32,000 bases of DNA from Waltera hominis (GTDB taxonomy: Bacteria > Bacillota > Clostridia > Lachnospirales > Lachnospiraceae), in the NCBI GenBank assembly GCA_040096245.1, contig JBBMFB010000009.1, positions 1-32,000 of the forward strand. Direction: 5' to 3'. Shown here piece by piece: positions 1 through 6,601 of this stretch. Below the pieces are notes generated by a model, which worked only from the letters and a program-made list of their open reading frames with translations, was not told the DNA's origin and searched no databases. Positions within the stretch are counted from its first letter, which is position 1, and each line of letters begins with the position of its first letter. A program made the translations under genes and the position numbers.

Positions 1-2
1 GA

Positions 3-308
3 CTCTCATTACGGGAGAACAGCTCTGGAAAGCACAAAGGACAGACGACCATAAGCAAAAGAGGTCGGAGTAAGCTGCGGGCAGTACTGTTCAATGCAGC
101 AATTCCGCTGATAGCGAAGAATCCGGAGTTTAAGTCATTGCATGAGTATTACACGACAAGAGCGAACAATCCGCTCAAGAAGAAACAATCCGTGATTGCC
201 ATCAGCTGTAAGCTGATAAGAGTCTTTTATGCCATCCTAGCAAAAGGAGTGACCTATGATGCACAGAAGTTGATTTCTGACATTCACAGGCAGCCGCAGG
301 TAGCGTAA
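3..308 (+). CDS. IS110-family (DEDD) transposase, C-terminal fragment, 5'-truncated by the window edge
   Basis: Frame 3 is open from the window edge to TAA at 306-308. The translation ...SSGKHKGQTTISKRGRSKLRAVLFNAAIPLIAKNPEFKSLHEYYTTRANNPLKKKQSVIAISCKLIRVFYAILAKGVTYDAQKL carries the SG..G...ISKRG..LR motif and the KL..I.Y helix typical of the IS110 C-terminal domain. It is absent from the ORF track because it has no start codon inside the window. Confidence 0.8.
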   Translation, partial: LSLRENSSGKHKGQTTISKRGRSKLRAVLFNAAIPLIAKNPEFKSLHEYYTTRANNPLKKKQSVIAISCKLIRVFYAILAKGVTYDAQKLISDIHRQPQVA

Positions 309-562
309 GAAGACCAACTGTGAGATTCAGGAGACGTCCGCCGTAAGGCGCTGAAAGGAACAGAAGAATTTCATAAACATAGAGAGCCAAGTCAGATTTA
401 TTTCCATCAGAGCAGAGACTCAGCGAAGGAGCATCATGACGCCCCTTTATGGATAAGCAGAACGAAGGAATTAAGGACCCTGAAGTAAAGGAGATCCCGT
501 ATGACATGGGAGGTTAGGCTGCCGTAAGGAGTTGGGGAAAGAAAGGCCGATCATAACAGAAT

Positions 563-585
563 AAGACGACGTCTTGTTTTGTGTA
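563..585 (+). terminator. Weak hairpin plus T-run, possibly the end of the IS110 transcript or ncRNA
   Basis: aagac-gac-gtctt (5 bp stem, 3 nt loop) followed by gttttgtgt. Confidence 0.25.
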
Positions 586-724
586 CCCTAAACATCCGTA
601 TATCCATGATTCATGGCCAAGGGGAATGACATAGACTTAGAAGCAATCTCTATGAAAAAATGAAAATGTGAGAAAAAGCGAGTTAACAAGAGAAAAACAA
701 AGATTATTATGGGAGGAAAATAAT

Positions 725-934
725 ATGCCTTTATTAACTGTTACTGCTCTTGCTGAAGCTGGTGCAGCTGCATCTTTCGATGTTGCCGCTATCATGCAGG
801 CTGCTGTTACCAGCGTTCAGGGTGACCTGTTCAAGGTTCTGGGTATTGTGGTACCCGCTGCTGTCACCATCGTCGGTGCAAGTGTTGCCGTTAAATATGG
901 TATCCGCTGGCTGAAGTCTCTGAAGACTGCTTAA
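725..934 (+). CDS. Inovirus major coat protein-like (g8p-like), 69 aa
   Basis: ATG at 725 is preceded by GGGAGG 8 nt upstream; the track's 668 start is a GTG with no RBS. MPLLTVTALAEAGAAASFDVAAIMQAAVTSVQGDLFKVLGIVVPAAVTIVGASVAVKYGIRWLKSLKTA has an Ala-rich leader with AXA sites, an acidic N-terminus (D, D), a ~20-aa hydrophobic helix and a basic C-tail (K, R, K, K). Confidence 0.65.
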   Translation: MPLLTVTALAEAGAAASFDVAAIMQAAVTSVQGDLFKVLGIVVPAAVTIVGASVAVKYGIRWLKSLKTA

Positions 935-952
935 AAACTGAATAGTCTCTAA

Positions 953-992
953 CCGGGAAGGGTGAGGAGCTGAAGCTTCCCGCCCTTTTTTG
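953..992 (+). terminator. Rho-independent terminator directly after the coat-like gene
   Basis: cgggaag (954-960) pairs with cttcccg (976-982), followed by cccTTTTTT (986-991). Confidence 0.65.
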
Positions 993-997
993 GTGCT

Positions 998-1110
998 GTC
1001 GGACAAAATTGCTGCAGGTTTGACTCTGCAGTGTGACTTTTGTAGGACAAACTTTGTCGGACAAAATCGCTGCAGCACGCCGGAGATCTCCGGGGCTTTG
1101 TAGGACAAGA
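998..1110 (+). repeat. Two tandem ~58-bp units, each with GTCGGACAAAAT(T/C)GCTGCAG and TTTGTAGGACAA. Candidate operator or iteron region.
   Basis: gtcggacaaaattgctgcag at 998-1017 and gtcggacaaaatcgctgcag at 1056-1075 (19/20 identical). gtaggacaa at 1042-1050 and 1100-1108. tttgtcggacaaa at 1053-1065 is a 6-1-6 palindrome. The same motif recurs inverted at 3965-3979. Confidence 0.7.
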
Positions 1111-1125
1111 AAGGTAAAGGTGGAA

Positions 1126-1317
1126 ATGGTAACTTATTTTGATGAGAAACACTGCAGGGAATACGAATGTATCTTTTACGATCCGGATGTTATTCTCTGC
1201 TGCAAGAGAAATTTTAAAGATCCTGCTGATGGCATGGATGCCTGTTGTGAACCTCCGGATGTTCGGGATGATGGCTTTCATGTTTTGTTAGATAAGAATT
1301 TTTCGGAGGGGGGATAA
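1126..1317 (+). CDS. Small Cys-rich hypothetical protein (63 aa) in the phage structural module
   Basis: ATG at 1126 is preceded by aaaggtgga. MVTYFDEKHCREYECIFYDPDVILCCKRNFKDPADGMDACCEPPDVRDDGFHVLLDKNFSEGG has 6 Cys and ends 2 nt before the next gene. I recognise no family. Confidence 0.4.
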   Translation: MVTYFDEKHCREYECIFYDPDVILCCKRNFKDPADGMDACCEPPDVRDDGFHVLLDKNFSEGG

Positions 1318-1319
1318 CT

Positions 1320-2879
1320 ATGCAGAAAAGAATATCAGCGCTGTTGCTCGCCATGGTCATTGTGATCGGCAGCGTGCTGGGTGGGAATACATTGAAAGTC
1401 AAGGCTGCATCTGTCGCAGTCAGTGAAGAATTTGCCGTGGAGCTGACTATGATGCTCTATAATCTGCTGGAGACGGTTGCTATATCTTCCGGCATCAAAG
1501 ACGGACTGGATGATTACGAATCCGGATCTTCGCTTTATGATGCTTTTATTACATCTGTGGAAAGCATGGCTGAACCGCCTTTCTATGATACCATTATAAC
1601 GATGCCGGATGGTTCCAAGATGACTGTAAAAGAAGCTATGGACGCTGTTGATTCTACGCTCGGAAGTAATGCTTTGAAACTGCCGACTTCTGAAACGTTT
1701 GCAAAGTACCGGGTAATCTCCGGGACTGGTGGCAATGATCCGGATCCGACTCCTACTCCGTCCTCTGATCCGGATAGCACTCCGGTGCCGGATACTGGAT
1801 ATAAGGATCCTTTTTCATATATTCAGGATGTTCTGGTTTCGAGTACGCTTCTTTCTGCTATGGCTGGGATTATCGCAGATCTGTATGCTGGGAAAATAGA
1901 TGGAATAGATGTAAATAATTATATAGACTTAGGTTTTTCTGGGAAATTGGATCAAGATGTTGATGGAAATTATTTAATTAATGGTAGAATAACTTCTTTT
2001 TATGATGAGGACTATTTGTCTTATTATACATTCGATACTAAGAGCAGTGTTCCAGTTCTTGCCATTTATGGTTCTTCTGTTCCTGATAAAACTTGGGGAA
2101 CTCTGACTTTTTATGAATTCCAGTTTAATGGATCTCTGCTCGCCTCTTCTCGTACTAGTTGTATTCATGATTTTTATAAATTTGGAGTTCTTTCCAGTCG
2201 TTCGGACCTTAATAATCGAAGTTATAGTTCTGGCACTACAAAAAAAGAGCTTCTTTTTAATTTAAATATACCTGTATTCGGTTCTTCTGAAAGTGCTAAT
2301 TCTTTTTGTAAAACAGGCGATCTAACAGGTCTTTTGAACGGTGAAGCCTATGACTTCCCGGATCTTGCAACCTCAACAGCAGAGCGGCTGCAACCTCTCA
2401 CCGGCTATGAGTTTGCTCCGGGGCGGCTCCCTGGGATCAACGCTGCATTGTCTACGGCTGCCGCAGCTCTACCGGAACCGGGACTTGATCCGGCAGAAAA
2501 TACAGAAGCTTATAAGAATGCTCTGAATGCTGCCCTGACTGCAGCTTTGCCGGAGCCAGCACCGGAACCTGAACCAGAGCCTGATCCTTCTCCGGATCCC
2601 GGCACTGACGGAGAAGGGGAATCTTACAAGAGAGATCTCCGGCTGATCTTCCCTTTCTGTATCCCTTTCGACTTTATACATTTTATCCAGGCACTGTCTG
2701 CTGATCCGGTAGCTCCTTGCTTCAAGATCCCTATCAAGCTGGACTCCCTGGGAATAGATATGGTTCTGAAGTTAGATCTTGCCTGGATGGATCCAGTGAT
2801 GGAGATCTTCCGGCTGGGGGAACTTGGCTGTTTTGTGATTATGCTCATGGCTGCAACGAAAAAAATGATAGGATGGTGA
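1320..2879 (+). CDS. Secreted modular protein, candidate inovirus adsorption/minor coat protein (g3p-like), 519 aa
   Basis: RBS ggagggggg. N-terminal signal peptide MQKRISALLLAMVIVIGSVLGG..VKA. Two Pro/Asp/Thr/Glu linkers at aa 137-160 (nt 1728-1799) and aa 410-434 (nt 2547-2621). Hydrophobic C-terminal anchor LGELGCFVIMLMAATKKMIGW. The position between the coat and g6-like genes matches Ff g3p. Confidence 0.55.
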   Translation: MQKRISALLLAMVIVIGSVLGGNTLKVKAASVAVSEEFAVELTMMLYNLLETVAISSGIKDGLDDYESGSSLYDAFITSVESMAEPPFYDTIITMPDGSKMTVKEAMDAVDSTLGSNALKLPTSETFAKYRVISGTGGNDPDPTPTPSSDPDSTPVPDTGYKDPFSYIQDVLVSSTLLSAMAGIIADLYAGKIDGIDVNNYIDLGFSGKLDQDVDGNYLINGRITSFYDEDYLSYYTFDTKSSVPVLAIYGSSVPDKTWGTLTFYEFQFNGSLLASSRTSCIHDFYKFGVLSSRSDLNNRSYSSGTTKKELLFNLNIPVFGSSESANSFCKTGDLTGLLNGEAYDFPDLATSTAERLQPLTGYEFAPGRLPGINAALSTAAAALPEPGLDPAENTEAYKNALNAALTAALPEPAPEPEPEPDPSPDPGTDGEGESYKRDLRLIFPFCIPFDFIHFIQALSADPVAPCFKIPIKLDSLGIDMVLKLDLAWMDPVMEIFRLGELGCFVIMLMAATKKMIGW

Positions 2880-2883
2880 TTTT

Positions 2884-3117
2884 ATGGCAGATATGCAGGC
2901 TTTACTCAATGGCTTTTTGGATTTACTGATGAAGGCTTTCCCTACTTCTCCCTTTGCTGACACAATCGAGAAGTTCAGCAAGCTTCCTTACCTCGGTTAT
3001 ATTAACTGGTTTGTTCCTGTTTCGGAAATGGTCGCCATCGGCTCTGCATGGCTGCTCGCCATTGGTGTCTATTATATTTACTCGATCATTGCTCGCTGGG
3101 TGAAGCTGATCGAGTAG
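2884..3117 (+). CDS. Small hydrophobic membrane protein, g6p-like minor coat candidate (77 aa)
   Basis: The hydrophobic segment VAIGSAWLLAIGVYYIYSII lies between the adsorption-like gene and the Zot-like gene, as gene VI does in Ff phages. Confidence 0.45.
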   Translation: MADMQALLNGFLDLLMKAFPTSPFADTIEKFSKLPYLGYINWFVPVSEMVAIGSAWLLAIGVYYIYSIIARWVKLIE

Positions 3118-3136
3118 TCAATAAGGGGGAATTATT

Positions 3137-3805
3137 ATGATATCTTTGTACTCTGGGACTCCCGGATCCGGTAAAAGCTGCCATGCTGCTAGGGAGATTG
3201 CTCTCCGGCTGCAGCGCAAGGATTCCGTGGTGATCGGTAACTTTTACTTTAACACAAAAGCGGTAAAGAAATGTAAAGGTGTATACCTTTATGTCCCGAA
3301 CCATCGTCTGGATCCGGACAAGTTGCTCCGGTTCTCCCGCCGCTTATCAAAGCATCTTGGCCGCAGGCTCCGGGAGGGAGAGGTTAAGATCTACATAGAC
3401 GAGGCGCAGCTGCTTTTTAACTCCAGGGAATACGCTTCTCCGGATCGGCGTGCCTGGTTGTCCTTCTTCTCCCAGCACCGACATTATGGCTATGATGTGA
3501 TTTTGCTCGCACAGTTTGACCGGATGCTGGACAGGCAGATCCGGGGACTGATCGAATACGATTTCGTACATCGTAAGATCTCCAACGCCGGAAAGATCGG
3601 TGCTGTGCTCGGGTTCCTGAGCCGGGGGAATATGTTCGTTTGTATCAAAAAGTGGTATCCCATGAAGCAGACAGTGGATTCCAACTTCTTCTGGGCGAAG
3701 AAATCCGTCTATGAGCTCTATGATTCCTACAATCATTTTGAGTTAATTGACGATAAAGTGAACAAAAAAGAGGTGCAGCGCATGAGACGGATGAGCGGGG
3801 TTTGA
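3137..3805 (+). CDS. Zot/pI-family P-loop NTPase (inovirus assembly/morphogenesis ATPase), 222 aa
   Basis: RBS aaggggga. Walker A GTPGSGKS at the extreme N-terminus, Walker B KIYIDEAQ, then FSQHRHYGYDVILLAQ..D..IR.L, the signature layout of Zonular occludens toxin-like phage proteins. Confidence 0.8.
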   Translation: MISLYSGTPGSGKSCHAAREIALRLQRKDSVVIGNFYFNTKAVKKCKGVYLYVPNHRLDPDKLLRFSRRLSKHLGRRLREGEVKIYIDEAQLLFNSREYASPDRRAWLSFFSQHRHYGYDVILLAQFDRMLDRQIRGLIEYDFVHRKISNAGKIGAVLGFLSRGNMFVCIKKWYPMKQTVDSNFFWAKKSVYELYDSYNHFELIDDKVNKKEVQRMRRMSGV

Positions 3806-4001
3806 GGGGCCCCGCGAAGCCGGCGCAGGCGCTGGCGCCACGCCCTGTAATACGTGGTCTCAAAAACCATTGTCCGACACGGGGAAACGTGCTTGTATTC
3901 TGGCAAAAGTGGCAAAAAATAAATTTGCCCCAGAAGCCTTTTGGGCAAAAATCGAAAAATGCCGATTTTGTCCGACAAATTAAGTTTTAGGGGGTCGGAA
4001 A
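3806..4001 (+). promoter_or_regulatory. Phage intergenic region: GC-rich hairpin cluster, GGCAAAA iterons and a TTTGTC-C-GACAAA palindrome. Candidate origin, packaging signal or rep promoter.
   Basis: Very GC-rich segment at 3806-3847, with ggcgc (3822-3826) pairing gcgcc (3835-3839). ggcaaaa at 3902, 3911 and 3944, and inverted atttgcc at 3923-3929. ttgtccgac at 3870-3878. attttgtccgacaaa at 3965-3979. Confidence 0.5.
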
Positions 4002-5633
4002 ATGCTCGACAAAAGACAATATAACGATAACATCCTATACCATGACATGCCGCTGGAGGATCAGCATGAGTGGTTCGGATATTCTCGTAACAAATTTTTA
4101 CATAACATAGACACCTTTTACTATTCCGTGAAGTTCCGGAATGACTTCCGGCTGAAATCCAAGGATCCGCGGGTCGAGAAAATGCGCAAGTTCTTTAAAC
4201 TGCAGTATAACTATCTGAACGGAAATGAAGACCAGCCGGAACTGTATCTTCCGAAACTCGGCAAGAATCTGTATCTGAAGCCGGTGACCTTCTCCCGGTT
4301 CTATACGACCTGTTTGAGTTATCCGGAGTACTTTGATATCTTTCTGGCTCCGGTGGTTCCAAAAGCGGCAGACGGTGGGGAGTCTGTCACCTGTGAGTGC
4401 GTGGTGCAGATCCGCAGTTACATGCTCTGGATCATGGGCGTCCGGGATGCCTTTGAGAACAGCTATGAATATGTTAAGAACATAGCTGCATACTTCGGTC
4501 TTGAGATCGATTTCGTACAGGAGAACAGAGTAGACTATTGCTGGCACAGCAACTACCTCAAGGATCCGGAAACATTCTTCTCTCCGGAGAACTTCTACAA
4601 GATGCGTGTGGACAGGTTCAAGAATGCAACCTATGTCACAAACAAGGTCGGCTCCGAAGACTATGAGATCGACTATGTGGCACTGGGGAAGCGTTCTGAT
4701 AAAGTATTCGTCAGGATCTATCAGAAGACCAGAGAAGTGATTGAACAGAATTACAAGCCGTGGTTCTTTCAGATCTGGGAAATGAACGGATTGATTTCTA
4801 AGTATGACAAATGGGTCTATGAACGCTGCTATCAGAAAAAGAACTGGTTCTACCGGTATACTGCAAGACTGGAGTTCTTTTTAGAGCACGGTCAGGATCC
4901 GTATTATACAAATTATGTTCGGCAGATCCTAGACGGTACGCTGACCATTGAAGAGGATGCTCTGATCCGGCTGGCCGATAAACTTACACCAAAACTCAAC
5001 TACGTGGTGAATGTGGAGTATCAGACCATGCGCCGGCATTCCAAGAGCTATGACCTGATTCCATTCAAGGATCACCGGAATAAGGGAGCATGTAAAAGGA
5101 TCTACGATTACCTGGACAACCGGAAGCTGATCATTGATTACCTCACGGAAAGAGTATTTAAGATGGTGGAAAAGGTCGGAGATCCCAAGAAGTACCGGAG
5201 ACCATACTGTGGATTTTGGAAGGCGCTTAGATCTACGCGCTGTTTAGATATGAAAATGACACCGGATGAAGTGAAACTTGTCCGGAACTATAACCGGCGC
5301 CTGAATGTGGAATCCATGAAAAAACGCGTGATCGGGTCAGCGGTGACCCTTGGCATTTATACCCGGGGGATCAATGAAGACAGTCCTCTGCAGGATTGTT
5401 TTGAAGCTCTGCTGAAAATGAACGATAATGATATCATGGAAGCACAGAGATATAAACAGAAAAAACTCCGGCAGTTCAACGAGGAGGAACTTGCCGAAGT
5501 CTTCGAGTCTTCTGAAAAGCACCGCTTCCGTCTGCTGGATGAAAGTGACGGCACTCTTTACGCTTATGATAGTATAAAGACATTAGATTTGCAAGGGGGA
5601 TTTTCAAATGATGACGATCCGGCAGATCTATGA
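4002..5633 (+). CDS. Rolling-circle replication initiation protein (Rep_trans / replication initiation factor-like), 543 aa
   Basis: RBS aggggg. The core RVDYCWHSN...DYVALGKRSDKVFVRIYQKTREVIEQ fits the R.D...D ... lG.r.S....riYdK..E pattern of Rep_trans initiators (pT181 Rep / CTXphi RstA type). It sits next to the phage intergenic region. Confidence 0.6.
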   Translation: MLDKRQYNDNILYHDMPLEDQHEWFGYSRNKFLHNIDTFYYSVKFRNDFRLKSKDPRVEKMRKFFKLQYNYLNGNEDQPELYLPKLGKNLYLKPVTFSRFYTTCLSYPEYFDIFLAPVVPKAADGGESVTCECVVQIRSYMLWIMGVRDAFENSYEYVKNIAAYFGLEIDFVQENRVDYCWHSNYLKDPETFFSPENFYKMRVDRFKNATYVTNKVGSEDYEIDYVALGKRSDKVFVRIYQKTREVIEQNYKPWFFQIWEMNGLISKYDKWVYERCYQKKNWFYRYTARLEFFLEHGQDPYYTNYVRQILDGTLTIEEDALIRLADKLTPKLNYVVNVEYQTMRRHSKSYDLIPFKDHRNKGACKRIYDYLDNRKLIIDYLTERVFKMVEKVGDPKKYRRPYCGFWKALRSTRCLDMKMTPDEVKLVRNYNRRLNVESMKKRVIGSAVTLGIYTRGINEDSPLQDCFEALLKMNDNDIMEAQRYKQKKLRQFNEEELAEVFESSEKHRFRLLDESDGTLYAYDSIKTLDLQGGFSNDDDPADL

Positions 5634-6519
5634 TCAGTATATCTATAGCCGGAGCACTTACTGCAGTAAGGAAACGATTGAAAAATATTCAGATGATCTG
5701 AGACTGTTTTTCCGGTTCCTGGAACGTAACTATATGATTTCCGTGGATGCTGCCGGTTTTGACGCGCTGGATCAGGAATCTATTTATCAGGATTACCTGG
5801 TTTACTGCAGAAATAGAAAAATAAAAGACTCTTCCGTCCGGAGCTATGCCCGATCGATAAAGGCTTTTCTGCGGTACTGTTATGATGAAGATTACTGCAA
5901 GGACTATCTGAAAAAAATCAAGATGCCAAAGTCTGACGCAGCACCGGTGCTTCCATTGTTTGAAGCTGATGTGATGCATATCGACACGCTTCTCGACCGG
6001 GAGACGGAGCAGGGTCTGCGCAATTATTGTATCTTTCATCTGATGTTAGACTGCGGACTCCGGCGCCAGGAAGTGGTGCACCTGCAGGTGCATGATCTGA
6101 ACGCTGCTCAAAACATTCTATCGATCAAGAAGTCAAAAGGAAATAAAAGCCGGTTTGTATTGATCCCGGACTTCCTGATCGTAGCTCTGCAGCAATACTT
6201 TGAACTTATGCATATCAGATCCGGCACAATGTTTTTGACTTTGCGTACCAGGAAGCCGATCACTTATAACACGATCAAAATGTTTTACCAGGACATGAAA
6301 GTTGAGTCCGGAATAGATCGGCTGCATGGTCATCTGCTCCGGCACACTTTCGCGATCAGCTTCCTGATCGGCGGCGGCAACCTGGAATTCTTGCGTGTTT
6401 TCATGGGTCATTTTGATTATGTATCAACAAAGACGTATGTAGAACAGGCTACGCAGCTTAAGATCCTGGGCGCACCGGTTTACAAACTGGATCCGATATT
6501 CTTCAAATTCGGTTATTGA
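5608..6519 (+). CDS. Tyrosine recombinase / phage integrase (XerC/D-like), 303 aa
   Basis: RBS aagggggatttt. N-terminal SAM-like core-binding domain. Catalytic residues are GLRRQE (Arg I), HLLRHTF (H-x-x-R) and GHFDYVSTKTY (His/Tyr). It overlaps the rep 3' end by 26 nt. Confidence 0.85.
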   Translation: MMTIRQIYDQYIYSRSTYCSKETIEKYSDDLRLFFRFLERNYMISVDAAGFDALDQESIYQDYLVYCRNRKIKDSSVRSYARSIKAFLRYCYDEDYCKDYLKKIKMPKSDAAPVLPLFEADVMHIDTLLDRETEQGLRNYCIFHLMLDCGLRRQEVVHLQVHDLNAAQNILSIKKSKGNKSRFVLIPDFLIVALQQYFELMHIRSGTMFLTLRTRKPITYNTIKMFYQDMKVESGIDRLHGHLLRHTFAISFLIGGGNLEFLRVFMGHFDYVSTKTYVEQATQLKILGAPVYKLDPIFFKFGY

Positions 6520-6540
6520 TCTATCAGCAATTCTTTAGTT

Positions 6541-6568
6541 CCGGGGACAAAAAAAGAACCGTCCCCGG
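6541..6568. other. Perfect 8-bp stem hairpin between the integrase stop and the tRNA 3' end
   Basis: ccggggac (6541-6548) / gtccccgg (6561-6568) with a 12-nt A-rich loop. No T-run follows on either strand, so it is not a canonical terminator. Confidence 0.5.
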
Positions 6569-6601
6569 AGCTCCTATGTCTCCAAAAACGATTCTCTCGA
6601 G

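Larger units (their letters stand above)
1..585 (+). mobile_element. Partial IS110-family insertion sequence: transposase 3' end plus ~280 nt non-coding right end. The 5' part lies outside the window and the right boundary is uncertain.
   Basis: Transposase C-terminus at 3-308, followed by an ORF-free stretch ending in a weak hairpin/T-run at 563-585. The IS end itself cannot be defined from this sequence. Confidence 0.55.
586..6601 (+). mobile_element. Inovirus-like (filamentous ssDNA phage) prophage, ~6 kb, integrase end abutting tRNA-Lys. Left boundary not defined.
   Basis: Seven co-oriented, tightly packed genes (gaps of 2-20 nt or overlaps) in the order coat-like, small ORF, adsorption-like, small membrane protein, Zot-like ATPase, Rep_trans-like initiator, tyrosine integrase. 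There are no capsid, portal, terminase or tail genes. Confidence 0.7.

Noticed and set aside
642-654. Possible attL: agcaatctctatg (642-654) resembles agcaattctttag (6526-6538) next to the integrase stop
   Set aside because: Only ~6 contiguous matching bases, with indels after that. This is well within chance for AT-rich DNA and is not evidence for an att core.
202-1281. Minus-strand ORFs 202..507, 734..1108 and 949..1281, considered as a possible divergently transcribed phage repressor
   Set aside because: They are antisense to the IS110 transposase, the coat-like gene and its terminator/repeat region. They have no RBS and no HTH-like segment, and their composition mirrors the opposite strand.
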